A stretch of 63,958 nt of DNA, filler included, from Octopus bimaculoides (GCF_001194135.2; 7 parts of 6 records of this genome joined end to end with filler, not necessarily neighbours in it); one strand, 5' to 3'. Counted from the first letter of the whole stretch, positions 25,949 to 39,606 are shown. Translations and numbers: made by a program. The notes: generated by a model from the letters alone, not told the origin.

Positions 25949-25996
<48 letters not shown>

Positions 25997-26203
25997 GCAC
26001 ACACACACATATACATACATACATAATACATACATACGCACATATACAACTGGCCTCTTTCAGTCTCCGTCTACCAAATCCACTCACAAGGCTTTGTTTG
26101 GTCGGTTCAAGGCTACAGTGGAAGATAGTTGCCCAAGGTGCCATGCAATGGGACTGAACCCGGAAACATGTGGTTTGGAAGCAAGCTTCTAACCACACAC
26201 CCA
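25717..26203 (-). mobile_element. SINE family B with expanded internal (CA)n
   Basis: Reverse match across tail, microsatellite and head. Confidence 0.88.
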
Positions 26204-26394
26204 TAAGAAAATTCCGATGTAACACCCACCTGATTGCAAAACCTACAACCTTGCAGCTGCTTGTTTCTGGATTAATTGCCTCCGTAGGTGAGTTACAGAT
26301 GTTGTACAAGCGATTAAAGACTTTCTGTTACAGCATGTGCATTTCTGGCAGCCATCGCCTTTAACACAAGATATGATAATATTTCAGTGATGAT

Positions 26395-26616
26395 AAGGCG
26401 GTTAGCTGACAGGAACGTTAGCACGCCGGGCGAAATGCTTAGCAGTATTTCGTCTGTCTTTACGTTCTGAGTTCAAATTCCGCCGATGTCGATTTTGCCA
26501 TTCATCTTTTCGGGGGGTCGATAAATTAAATACCAGTTGAATACTGGGGTTGATCAAATCGACTGGCTCCTTCCCCCAAAATTTCGGATCTTGTTCCTAG
26601 AGTAGAAAAGAATATT
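26395..26616 (+). mobile_element. SINE family C (CpG-retaining copy)
   Basis: AAGGCGGTTAGCTGACAGGAACGTTAGCACGCCGGGCGAAATGCTTAG... full length. Confidence 0.9.
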
Positions 26617-26859
26617 TCAGTGTGTTCTTAGCCTCCATATATGCATGTGTGTTTGTATGTATGCATGTATGTATGTATGTATGTATGTATGTATGTATGT
26701 ATGTATGTATGTATGTATGCGGCTAGAGAATAATTTCTGATGATACGTAAATATATTCAAGTCTATATATATATATATATATATATACCGGAGTAAGCAC
26801 ATGAAATGTGCAACAAAGTGGAAAAAAGAGTACTCAAATACCAGAGGTAGAGTAATATG

Positions 26860-26906
26860 CTTTATTTAAAAGCAGCAGAAATATATTTCTGCTGCTTTTA
26901 AATAAA

Positions 26907-26907
<1 letters not shown>
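26860..26907. repeat. Perfect 48-bp palindrome
   Basis: CTTTATTTAAAAGCAGCAGAAATATATTTCTGCTGCTTTTAAATAAAG equals its own reverse complement. Confidence 0.95.
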
Positions 26908-26952
<45 letters not shown>

Positions 26953-27516
26953 ATGTATATATGTATGTATGCATGTATGTATGCATTTATGTTTATATGT
27001 ATGTATACAAGTTCGAATACAGATAGGAGATCAATATGTTATGTGATACTAAAAATATAGAAACAGAATGAATATTTAAAAAAATCTCATTATAGTATAT
27101 AGCAATAACACTAAAAAATATTTTGTTATTAACTTAAACCAGCCTTCCTGAAAAATATGCGAAATTTCTTTAAATCTGTGAAGCAAATCAGAATGTACAA
27201 ACGGGCTCATGTTCACACCTACGCACAGAAAAGCATTTTGTACATATATTAATATATACATATATAAGTATATATGCCTTATCTAAACCCATCCATCGAT
27301 GTTGGTTTGCTGTTTAGAAATGCGTGGGTATATATGTGTGTGTGTGTGTGTGGATGTGTATATATGTGTGTGTGTATGTGTGCGTGTGCGTACGTGTGTG
27401 TGTGTGTGTGTGTGTGNNNNNNNNNNNNNNNNNNNNNNNNNNNNNNNNNNNNNNNNNNNNTTAATTAATTAANNNNNNNNNNNNNNNNNNNNNNNNNNNN
27501 NNNNNNNNNNNNNNNN

Positions 27517-27550
<34 letters not shown>

Positions 27551-28926
27551 TCTGATCAACGAAAAGTATATGTGTGTAACTGTGTTGTAAACAAACACAT
27601 GCAACAAACCTACCTACCTATCCACCTACTTCTGCACAATAAACTCTCCCCCTAACAAGAAACGGCATGGGTAGAGAAGATCTGCACCCCTCAGTTGCAT
27701 TCAAACACACACACAGACCCAAACACACTAACAATCATTCGTTCGCACAATCACCCACACCCACACACACACGTTCGCATATTCACTTTCACACATACAC
27801 ATACATTTATATACACACATGCTTATAGACAAACACACACACATTCACAAACGCTAGCGAGGAATAATAAGAAAACTGAAATTCATTGTTGATCTCGTCA
27901 AGTTATTTCGACGCACACTTTCCATAGAAGAGCAATGTTTGTTGGTTATATTCGCAAAACTGGATATATAAAAGAATCCCATTTCTTTCTAACAATGGTA
28001 GCGGCATTTCCTTGTCTTTTTCGATTTATTTTTCTTGTTTACATTTATGTATTTAGTATTTGTATTTTTACGATTGCTGTTGTTGTTATTGTTATTATTA
28101 TTGTTATTTGGTGATTGTGTTGCTGCTATTTTTTTTTCTTGCTTGATGGTTTTGTTTGTGATGTTCTTGTTCATTTGTTTCCAATTTCTTCTTCATTTTG
28201 ACGCTGATCGCTCTTGGCGTGTGTATATTTTTCGCCGTGGTTGCAGTTGCTGTTTATATTGTTATTGTTGCTCTTCATGCGATTGTTGTTGTGGCGGTAC
28301 TTGTTGTTGCTGTTGTTGTCTGTTGGTGTTTGATCTGTTTGCATTATTTCTTTCTTATTTTTTGTATTCATTTTAAGATTCATGCTGTTACAATATTTAC
28401 ATGTTTTTGTTTTGTTTAATGTTGCTATTTATATTGTTTTTATCATCATTATCCTTGTTGTAGGTCTTCTTCTTCTTCTTCTTCTTCTTCTTCTTCTTCT
28501 TCTTCTTCTTCTTCTTCTTCTTCTTCTTCTTCTTCTTCTTCTTCNNNNNNNNNNNNNNNNNNNNNNNNNNNNNNNNNNNNNNNNNNNNNNNNNNNNNNNN
28601 NNNNNNNNNNNNNNNNNNNNNNNNNNNNNNNNNNNNNNNNNNNNNNNNNNNNNNNNNNNNNNNNNNNNNNNNNNNNNNNNNNNNNNNNNNNNNNNNNNNN
28701 NNNNNNNNNNNNNNNNNNNNNNNNNNNNNNNNNNNNNNNNNNNNNNNNNNNNNNNNNNNNNNNNNNNNNNNNNNNNNNNNNNNNNNNNNNNNNNNNNNNN
28801 NNNNNNNNNNNNNNNNNNNNNNNNNNNNNNNNNNNNNNNNNNNNNNNNNNNNNNNNNNNNNNNNNNNNNNNNNNNNNNNNNNNNNNNNNNNNNNNNNNNN
28901 NNNNNNNNATATATATATATATATAG

Positions 28927-28959
<33 letters not shown>

Positions 28960-30205
28960 GGTGTGTGGGTGTGTGCGTGTGCGTGCGCGTGTGTGTGCGT
29001 GCGAGCGGGCGCACAGACAAAAACACACACAGATGTACGTGCACACACAGGTACACACAAACACACACACAGACACGCACACACACAAACAGAGTTGTTC
29101 ATAACAAAGAATTGAAAGCGTACTCAATATATGATATAGAGTTTAATAATGTTTATTAGGTGGATGAATTATTTCATTAGTTTACTTTTCATCAATATTC
29201 AATTAATCGAACGGTCATAGCAATCTAATTTAGAAAAAAGAAAAAGAAACTAAAGAAAACGGAAACACAACTGTTTTCTATGGAAATACTGCAAAGGATG
29301 GTAACCTTCTAATTTCCGGTTTAACGGTACATCATGATAGAAAACATAAAGGCTCTTTGTCAGCACCACTGTTAAAGTAGAGTGATTTCCAACTCTCAAA
29401 CCGTTTCGACTGTCCACATCCGGGGCATTAATCTATTTCAGTTGCATCTTCTAGTTTTTTTGTTTTTTTTTAGATAGCACCTATTTCTTTTATGACGGCA
29501 AATGTACATTATCTCAGTTTTATACTCACAGTATTTGTAATTTCTAACTCGTACAAATTTGGTACACTTTACTTGAAGGTAATTTATGGCATGCTATGTA
29601 CATTTATTTATCAGCTGGTATTTAAACTGTCGTAATATAGTTTTCTCAAATGGTATGTAGTTTGGTCTCTGTTCCCCAAGGGAAAAATTCTGATTCTGGT
29701 AACTATTTTTAAAACTATCTTCTGTCATACCAATGTAGTATTGTTGTCGACCACTTGAGGATTTTCCCTTGTGAAAAAAAAACAAACAACCACTACACTT
29801 TCTGATTAAACTGAGACAGCCGCAAGAACGAGCATGGAGAATGCAACATATTCCCATTTACCTTTTTTTTTTTTCTCTTTTACCAAAACAGGTAAAAACA
29901 AGAAAAACCTTAAATTTTGTATTGTCTGATCAAAGACACACCCCAGCTTTAATCAAGTCCATATCTCATTCATAAGTCACAAATTGTTTATCGGCCGCAA
30001 ATGTCCCTCACTGATTAAAAAAAAAAAAAAAACGGTAGAAGAACAATGTTGATACCTCATCTGAAGATAGACAAATCACCATTACATTTTCAATATTGCA
30101 AATGTCGTCACTTCTAATTGCGATAATGATATTCATAAAAATAATCGAAAGATATTCGAGAAATAGAAAGATATCTATCGACGGCGCCAATAAAATGGCA
30201 ATGAT

Positions 30206-30613
30206 AAGGCGGCGAGTGAAATGCTTAGAGGTATTTCGTCTGTCTTTACGTTCTGAGTTCAATTTCCGCCGAGATCGACTTTGCCTTTCATCCTTTCGGG
30301 GTCGATAAATTAAGTACCAGTTACGCACTGGGGTCGATGTAATAGACTTAATCTCTTTGTCTGTCTTTGTTTTTCCCCTCTATGTTTAGCCCCTTGTGGA
30401 CAATAAAGAAATAAGAAACGTTAGCACGCCGGGCGAAATGCTTAGCGGTATTTAGTTTGTCTTTTCTTTGTGAGTTCAAATTCCGCCGAGGTCGACATTG
30501 CATTTCATCCTTTCGGGGTCGATAAATTAAGTACCAGTTGTGTACTGAAGTTGATCTAATCCACATAATCCCCTCCCCCCAAATTTGGGGCCTTGTACCT
30601 AGAGTAGGAAAGA
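30206..30613 (+). mobile_element. Dimeric family C SINE (30206-30415 with alternative tail; 30416-30613 lacking the 5' end)
   Basis: Two copies of TTAGCACGCCGGGCGAAATGCTTAG/GAGTTCAAATTCCGCCGAG/CATCCTTTCGGGGTCGATAAATTAAGTACCAG. The first ends in GTTTAGCCCCTTGTGGACAATAAAGAAATA. Confidence 0.9.
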
Positions 30614-30714
30614 ATGAAATTGCAATGATGACAATGACGACGATGTTGGAGTCCATGATTATGTTGTAGTTGGTGACTGTGAAATTAATTAAAACATGCC
30701 ATAATTACCTCCAT

Positions 30715-31278
30715 TGCACAAGCCCATACACTCACACAAGCACACACACAGACACACTCACATATGAACACAAACACACAGGCAAACACACAAACGCACG
30801 CACATATAAACATACGCACATGCACATACACGCACATACACACACAGGCGCATATATGCATACACATACATACGGGCACATGCACTAACATACACACACA
30901 GGCACCCATATACATGAACTCCCACACGCGCACATACACACAGAAACACACACGCGCACATATACACCCATACATACACAGGCACACATATACATACACC
31001 TACCCACGCGCACACGTACACATACATACACACACAGGCACACATATGCATACGCCTACACACGCACATATACACACATACACAGGCACACATATACAAA
31101 CACATACACGCGCGCACACATACACACATACACACATACACACACAGGCACACATATACATACGCATACACACGCGCACACATACACACATACACACAGG
31201 CACACATATACATACACACAGGCGCACATATACATACACACACGCGCGCGCACATACACACACAGACATTCATACACT

Positions 31279-31350
<72 letters not shown>
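30715..31350. repeat. Cryptic CA-rich minisatellite (ACACAGGCACACATATAC-type units) ending in pure (CA)n
   Basis: Recurring CAGGC(A/G)CAC motif embedded in CA/TA repeats. Confidence 0.9.
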
Positions 31351-31354
<4 letters not shown>

Positions 31355-31984
31355 ACACCCATACTGTTAGTGCTTGTTTTATCTGGTGAGATTACTGTTG
31401 GCAAATTTTAACGGACGCAAATCCTTCCACCGATTACTGGCAGAAATAAAGACTTCCAGACCAATTTTTTCCATGTCCAATCCAGCGGCCAACTGCTCGA
31501 GACTGCCTTGTTCTTATTGTTATTTTCAGCGGGTTTTATATTTATTTACATATATAAATTGTTTTCGTATGTGTTTTATTTTTGGTTTCTTCTTTTCTCT
31601 TCAAGTGTCTGAGACGGCCATGTTTGGAGGGTGTTAATCCTTCAATGAGGAACAATATAATCTGTAAGAGCTTGGACAGCACTCGAACGGATAAGATGGC
31701 ATTCAGGTTCTGCACGTCTATTTGCCGTCATCCTCACTATCGTCATCATCACTATCATCATGATCGTGATCGTCGCCGTGGTGGTGGTCATCATCGTCAC
31801 TGTCGTCGTCGTCGTTGTCATCTTTCGAAATATGTTTGTGAATAGGTGTGAAGGAGAGAGAACGTGATTGCCGTTACGAGTACGTTTCGGCGGCATGCGT
31901 CGATGTATGAATTCGTATGCCTGTATGTGTTTAAGCATGTGTCCGTGTGTGTGTGTATTTCTTGACTGCCAAGCTTGATTTTTA

Positions 31985-32217
31985 TTTCAATCTTCTTCTT
32001 CTTCTTCTTCTTCTTCTTCTTCTTCTTCTTCTTCTTCTTCTTCTTCTTCTTCTTCTTCTTCTTCTTCTTCTTCTTCTTCTTCTTCTGCTGCTGCTGCTAC
32101 TGCTGCTGCTACCGCTATATTAATAGCAACAACAACAATCGCTATCATTACACATGGACTTTAGTGCAGCTATTACAATCATCAGTATTAACATCATCGC
32201 CATTATGTTTTTGTGGC

Positions 32218-32259
<42 letters not shown>

Positions 32260-32440
32260 CATCATCATCATTAGAAGTAGTAGTATTGTTACTGCTGTCA
32301 TCATCATCATCATAATCATTATCATCATCATCATCATCATCGTCATCATCATCATCATCGTCATCATAAGCTTCGTCTTCTTCATTGTCGTTGCTCTTGC
32401 TGTAATCGTTGTTGCTGTTGTTGTTGTTGTTATTATTATC
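31985..32440. repeat. Compound trinucleotide microsatellites (CTT)n,(CTG)n,(ATT)n,(ATC)n,(GTT)n
   Basis: Direct reading. Confidence 0.95.
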
Positions 32441-34590
32441 GGTAGTATTTTAATTTTTTTTTCATTATTTTCATTAATATTTGTTATGCTGTTTCTAGCG
32501 TCCACGACTGTCGAATTACATGCGGATTAGTGGCCGGTTATTTCTGTCCGAAATTGGCGAGAGCAGAAGTGGTCTTTTTCCATTATATTACAGTTGAATT
32601 AGATTGATTGAGTTTTGTGGAGATTACCTGTAAGAATGCCATTTCTTACTTTTATTTTTACTTTTAACATTTTCTCTGTGTGTGTAGAGGCAACGGAATG
32701 TGTAAACAAACACGGGTACTTAAACACACACACACACGTATACATCATAATCTATAACATTATACAGCCATAGATTTCAAGCTAACGCTGTATGGGTAAT
32801 AGATAAAACAAAATCAGCGGATAATGACGGTCGTCTGCGTTTGCAAGAGAGGAATTAGTTGGGGAGAAAAAAAAATGCACAAACAGGTATAATGAAGTTG
32901 CTGCGAAGAACGTAATATCGAACGATTGAGACAAAGTCCTTCTTCAGAATAAAGATGCTCGGATGGAAAGAAAAGAACACCTGCAGTATTTTTGGTAATC
33001 TATGTTTGAGAATACATGGAACTAAGTGTGCACGTGACTGCTTTTCTGCGTGTATAGCTTTGTGCGTGCGTGTGTGTGCATATGTGAGTTTGTGTGTTTG
33101 TGTCTGTGAGTATACGTATATATAAACACACATATGCGTGCGATTTTTGTATGTCGTCTGGGATTTCTAGAATTAATGTTTTGTTATCATATAGTACGAA
33201 GTTATAGATATATTTTGTAACAGAGTATAACTTATACGCTTGTATGTGTGAGTTAGAATTGCATTTAACCTTTACACCTTCCCTTGCTTTACATACAGTA
33301 AGATATTTCTTAAAAGCCATTCTTCCAAGTAATCTTTCGAACAAGCCATTTAACTGTAAGAATTATTTTATTGTAACAATGTTTTGTTATGTATTTCTAA
33401 AGTTTTCTTCTCCCATCTTTGCAATGATGAATGATTCTGTCCGAAAAGTCGGATATTCCACTCCCCATGGCAATTTCTCTGGATATTTTTCTGATAATAT
33501 ATATAAAAGAAAGTTGAAGCTAGCACGTTATATACACAAGAATTTTTTGGGCAGATAAACAGGAAACAGCCAAACCAATCTCATCTCTGTGTTGAGATTT
33601 CAATAGCAACTGAGAACTCGCATCCGAAACTCGGAGTTTTATCATGGCTACCTAATNNNNNNNNNNNNNNNNNNNNNNNNNNNNNNNNNNNNNNNNNNNN
33701 NNNNNNNNNNNNNNNNNNNNNNNNNNNNNNNNNNNNNNNNNNNNNNNNNNNNNNNNNNNNNNNNNNNNNNNNNNNNNNNNNNNNNNNNNNNNNNNNNNNN
33801 NNNNNNNNNNNNNNNNNNNNNNNNNNNNNNNNNNNNNNNNNNNNNNNNNNNNNNNNNNNNNNNNNNNNNNNNNNNNNNNNNNNNNNNNNNNNNNNNNNNN
33901 NNNCTTCCGATCTATATATATGTATGTATGTATATACATACATATGCATACGCACACACACACTAATAAGCATACATGCATATCTACACGCACTCACATA
34001 TATGGATGTATGTTTTATCACAAGCGTTTTGAAATTGTGTGCGGATGCCTTTGTTACTGGTTATATTTATGCTTCCAATTGTCAGCGTGTTCGAGCGCCT
34101 CCCACTGTTTCTGATTTAACGCACGTGTGCATTTTTTTGCGTATGTATTGCATGAATGTACTTGAACACGAATGCATGTCTTTATATGAATATTCCGTAT
34201 CCATGTATACGTTCCTATATCTATATAATCTAAGCCAATCCGTTATCCTGACATTTGCCACAGACGCTGACACTACCACAATCTGTACACGCCTTCCATT
34301 TTCACATATTGTCAGATTCTTATCTTAATTAGTTCATGTGATGGCCTCTTCTACGCCGTCATTTCACTGGAGTGTGCACATATATTCCGCCATTTTGTTT
34401 TCAATTTATGTTGCATTTTCGATCGCAGTTGTTTTCATTTCAGATTAATTTACTCTTAATTTCATTTCTGTTTTTTTTTTTTAGAGTTTCTATCCTTTTT
34501 TCCCCCTAAAGCATACTCTAATACCGTCTCTACCTTTCATGGTTCCTCTCTTGGATTTGTTGTGTTCGATGTGTAAATTGTACCTGTCTG

Positions 34591-34677
34591 AAATTATGCC
34601 TGAAGATGGTGGATCATGTTATGTCGTAATCTACTAATACATTAATAACATTTTATAGAAACAGCTGTCGTAAATTT
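34591..34677 (+). ncRNA. Decayed Penelope-type hammerhead ribozyme motif
   Basis: CTGAAGA(T) at 34600-34607 ... GAAAC-AGCT-GTC at 34658-34669 with palindromic stem III (ACAGCTGT). Stem I AAATT(A)TGC/GTAAATTT. The closing pair of stem II is mismatched. Confidence 0.5.
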
Positions 34678-34902
34678 TATACCAACGCCGCACCGAGAAG
34701 GAACCCAAGAATCGGATCTACGGTTAAATTTGAATTTGTTATATACTTGTTTACAGATTTCTACCAAAATTTGACACATTCATTGTTGCTTATCTCACAT
34801 TGATGTCTGTGTCATGGTACCTAACTAATTTTGGTGTCCTTCGTGTTAATAGGCATAGGTTCTATTGAATCCTTACTACTAATAAATATAAAAACGTATT
34901 TG

Positions 34903-34962
<60 letters not shown>

Positions 34963-35094
34963 AATACGTGTGTACATACTTGCATACATACATGAATATG
35001 TGTATATATACATACATACATACATACAAAAACGTACATATATGTAGATATGTATGTATGCAAATGCATGTGTCTTTGTATATCTGTTTGTTTC

Positions 35095-35235
35095 TTGCCA
35101 CACTTTCCCAACCGGTGTGGGTTTGTTTACGTCCCTGCAACTTAGTTTTCGGTCAGAGACCTATAGAATAACTACCTCACATTTGAAATACTGTACGCTG
35201 GTGGATTTGTTCTACTAAATCCAACAAAGTGTTGC
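35095..35235 (+). mobile_element. Degenerate SINE family B 3' fragment
   Basis: CAACCGGTGTGGGTTTGTTTACGTCCC..AACTTAG..AGAGACCTATAGAATAA. Confidence 0.6.
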
Positions 35236-35633
35236 TCCAACATCACCTCAGGCTTATTAATGAAAGAAGGTTTACCAATGCCAGCATCACCATCATCGCA
35301 TCCTCCACCAATGACAACAACACTACCAATCCCACCACCACTACAGCCTCAACGGAGAGGAAGATGAAGGATTTCGAGAAAGTAGAAGTGTACTATCCTA
35401 TTAAATTTGAGATAGCTTGACTGGAAGATGGGAAGGTTTAAGACACTGCTGTTTATTGTTGAGGCCTTGGACTCACTATCAAAAGATATTGAGAAGAATA
35501 TATAGAAAATATAAGAAGAAGCAGAAGAAGAAGAAGAAGAAGAAGAAGAAGAAGAAGAAGAAGAAGAAGAAGAAGAAGAAGAAGAAGAAGAAGAAGAAGA
35601 AGAAGAAGAAGAAGAAGAAGAAGAAGAAGAAGA

Positions 35634-36195
35634 AATGCCCTGATACAGTTCCAGGCAGTGACCCTTATGGCTTCTCATCTTAACTGATTGGAAGTATTTT
35701 CGTGTACATTGTTTTGTCTTGGTATAAAAAGATGGGCTTCAGCAAATATTCGCATCAATACCACAGATTTGCTTGTTAGTTGTTTTACTTTAACCAGTTG
35801 AGCATGTCCCTTGGTGGCTGACGATATGTGCATCTCTGATCACGAGCAGAAATAGTGAGGGAACATCATAGCCACGTGTCGAGAGGAATTGTTTGGCGCT
35901 TGGATAATTCATCTCTGGAAACATGGGTGTTTCATTCAACATATTTAAACAACCATTATTCAGGGACCTTTTGAGTGGTACGGGCTGCTCAGCCTGAAGA
36001 AAATTTTAACTGGGCCCTACTTACAAGGTCATGCGCTGTTAGTCTTGATATGAGATCACCATGTCACGCACATATGGTTGTGATGCATGTAGCTGTTGTA
36101 CCCTTATCAGACGGGTAGTCATGATGGGAATATTGGGCTTCGTATATCTTACCCCAGTCTCACTTTCATGGCATGCACTGCTCTCTCACTCAATA
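35634..36195. mobile_element. Unclassified ~560-bp interspersed repeat bracketed by (GAA)n and (AAT)n
   Basis: Complex block with sharp microsatellite borders, recalled as an abundant octopus repeat. Only one copy in the window, so not verifiable here. Confidence 0.4.
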
Positions 36196-36241
36196 ATAAT
36201 AATGATAATAATAATAAGAAGAAGAAGAAGAAGAAGAAGAT

Positions 36242-36274
<33 letters not shown>

Positions 36275-36282
36275 CAAATTTT

Positions 36283-36482
36283 GAAACAAGACCAGCAGTT
36301 TCGTGAAAGAGAGTAAGTCAATTACATCAACACCAGTGATAAACTAGTACATATTTTATCGACCCCTAAAAAGACGAAAGGCAAAGATGACCTCAGTGAA
36401 ATTTGAACTCAGAACGTGATGACGGGCGAAATGCGGCTAAGCATTTTGTTCGGCGCATTAACAATTCTGCCAGCTCGCCGCA
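36283..36482 (-). mobile_element. SINE family C
   Basis: Reverse head GCATTTTGTTCGGCGCATTAACAATTCTGCCAGCTCGCC and central domain. Confidence 0.85.
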
Positions 36483-36830
36483 TTAATAGCAACGACAATA
36501 ATGATGATGACGATGATTGTGATGATGATGATGATGATGATGATGACGATGATGATGATGATGACGATGATAATAATGGTGATGATAATAATGATGATGA
36601 TGAGGAGGAGGACGACGATGATGATGATTTTGATGGCGACGTTGATGATTATGATGATGACGACTACGATGATGACAGCGTCCGTACCAGCGTTTGTGGT
36701 GGCGGCAGTGATTGTAATGTTGATGGTGGCGGCGGTGGAGGCGGTGTTGGCAATGGCGATAATAGTGGCGGCGGTGGCGGCGGTGGCGGCGGTGGTGATG
36801 ATGATGATGATGATGTTGCAGGTGATGGCT
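36483..36830. repeat. (GAT)n/(GGC)n compound trinucleotide repeat
   Basis: Direct reading. Confidence 0.95.
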
Positions 36831-37327
36831 GAGTGACGGAGACGACCCGGACGAGGCGTCACTCTGAGCACGACGCCTACGAGCCTTGCGCTAATCAGTG
36901 AAATTCCGCTTCCACACACGCCGCAACCATTACGCTTTATTTATATCATTTCGTTGTTTGATTTTTATTTTTTTTACTTGTTTCGTATTTTGGATATTGT
37001 TCGTCTTTTGTATTTCACGCCGATAAATTGGGAACTTTCTTTCGTCCGGAGCCTAACACACACCGGCCGATCCTTTGCTTAGCATAGCCGACTTCCCCGG
37101 ATCATTACTCCCCATTACTATTCCCACATAACGGGACAACACACTGCACCCCGCAATCACCAACCAATTTTGCCACCCATCCTTAGACCTGCGTTCTCAC
37201 ACGTTCACACACTTATACAACATTTAGTTCCTCGAATATGCTCATACCACTCACATGCATACGTACAATCCCACTCACACAAACACACACACACACGCAC
37301 AAGTATACATAAAAAATGTACATGTAG

Positions 37328-37360
<33 letters not shown>

Positions 37361-37479
37361 TGCGTGTGTACGTGTGTATCTATACATATACAAAAACAAA
37401 CGCACACCCACGCATATATATGCGTGTACATGCACATACATATATATATGTCTGTGTGTGTAACACACATACACACACT

Positions 37480-37567
37480 CACATACATATATTTATACAT
37501 TCATGCATGTATTCTTACATGCATACATCAATACACACTTTCATCTAAGCATATATTCATAGACATG

Positions 37568-37601
<34 letters not shown>

Positions 37602-37647
37602 TGTATGTATGTATGTATGTATATATGTATGCATGTCTATGAATATA

Positions 37648-37703
<56 letters not shown>

Positions 37704-38045
37704 TATACACACATACACATATACATACATACATGTATTGATACGGACATATATGCATACATACACACTTACATTCACACATACATACATACATACATAT
37801 ATACACACATACAGGCATGCATACATACATAAATGCATACATACAGATACATATATACATGCATGCATATATACATACATACATACACACATACATACAT
37901 GCATACATACATACATGCATACATACATACATACATAAATACATAAAGTCATGCATACATACATACAGACTTGCATATATACATACATGCATACATACAT
38001 ACATACATACATACATACATACATACGTACGTACGTACGTACATA
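37480..38045. repeat. Compound (ACAT)n/(TA)n/(CA)n microsatellite
   Basis: Direct reading. Confidence 0.95.
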
Positions 38046-38412
38046 CGAATTTCTTTTGTGATGAACATCATCATCATTTCGCCACTGAAAGACTCCCTGC
38101 TACTCTCACCTCCCCCTCCACCGTGTGATCCACCACCGCCACGACCGACACCGTTGGCTGTCACTGGTCTGCCCTGACCTCTTTTAGGACACGTGTGGCT
38201 ATCGATGGCTAATTGATTTGAAGAGTTTATTTCTGTCATTTTTTACTCACTACATGGCACCTTGAAGACGAAACAACACACGTCTACGCCATCAGTGAAA
38301 TGGCTGACGAGCGAACAGCATGTCCGTGTGTCACCGGAGTGTGAGAGAGAGTGAGAGAGTTTGGGACGGCGCAAGTGTGTATGTGTCACGGCGTGAGTGT
38401 ATGTATGTGTGT

Positions 38413-38465
<53 letters not shown>

Positions 38466-38785
38466 NNNNNNNNNNNNNNNNNNNNNNNNNNNNNNNNNNN
38501 NNNNNNNNNNNNNNNNNNNNNNNNNNNNNNNNNNNNNNNNNNNNNNNNNNNNNTGATTGAGTGCTTGTGGTCCGGTGCTTGAGAGCGCGCGTGTGTTAAT
38601 GTATGACTTTGTTTGTGCGTGTGTGTGTATGTGTGCGTGTGTGTGTATGTGTTGTGTGTGTGTGTGTGTGTGTGTGGTTTACAAACCTGGAAACGGCTAG
38701 CGGGAACAGACGCAGCTGCAACTTCAACGAGAACAGCAACAAGAACATACACTTCCCGCTACTACTACTACTACTACTACTACTG

Positions 38786-38862
<77 letters not shown>

Positions 38863-38970
38863 ATCATCATNNNNNNNNNNNNNNNNNNNNNNNNNNNNNN
38901 NNNNNNNNNNNNNNTTAATTAATTAANNNNNNNNNNNNNNNNNNNNNNNNNNNNNNNNNNNNNNNNNNNN

Positions 38971-39130
38971 GCTTGACAACCGATGCTGGTGTGTTTAGAG
39001 AGACCGATAGAATAAGTACCAGGCTTCCAAAGAATAAGTCCTGGGGTCGATTTGCTCGACTAAAGGTGATGCTCCAGCATGGCCGCAGTCAAATGACTGA
39101 AACAAGTAAAAGAGTAAAAGAGTAAAAGAA
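38971..39130 (+). mobile_element. SINE family B 3' half (5' part lost in gap)
   Basis: GCTTGACAACCGATGCTGGTGTG...CAGCATGGCCGCAGTCAAATGACTGAAACAAGTAAAAGAG. Confidence 0.88.
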
Positions 39131-39606
39131 TAGAAGTTCTTTTCCCTAATCTTCAGTAAATGATCTCAGTAATAGCACATGACTTTTGTTCTGTCTAGTG
39201 GTGCAGTATCTGGATTATTTGTGTTGACAACAGGTTGCTATGTTATTGGAATGTTCCACAAGTATTCTATATTTTTAAAGATGTAAATACATTCCGGTTC
39301 TGGTGTACCTTCTGTAGGTCTATCAGGACAACCTTCCTTGTGTGTATCATTGCAGATAGTTTTCATATCAATGTAATGTCTCATGGGAAGATCGACCTTT
39401 GTGAATAATTTTTGATACTACTGATGATGGGGACACCTTCTGCAATACAACAGCACAGTCAACATTTTCTATCACTATGTTAAGATCATGGAACTACATA
39501 ACACAGATATTTCACTCTGATCCTTCCTTCATTTTTGACAATGTGGAATGTACTAATATCCTTGATTGGGAATATTTCTCCATTGTTTTGGTTTCCAGCT
39601 TCTGCC

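Noticed and set aside
29395-29435. Minus-strand CGGATGT-GGACAGTC-GAAAC, hammerhead-like
   Set aside because: Core CUGANGA is broken at two positions and there is no NUH triplet with stem I.
31350-31480. Minus-strand frame MEKIGLEVFISASNRWKDLRPLNLPTVISPDKTSTN as a possible first exon
   Set aside because: Short, no homology recognised, ambiguous donor, no partner exons.
36416-36832. Poly-Asp/Gly and poly-Met ORFs (also poly-Thr/Val at 63.4-63.9 kb)
   Set aside because: Trinucleotide microsatellites that begin inside SINE or low-complexity sequence.
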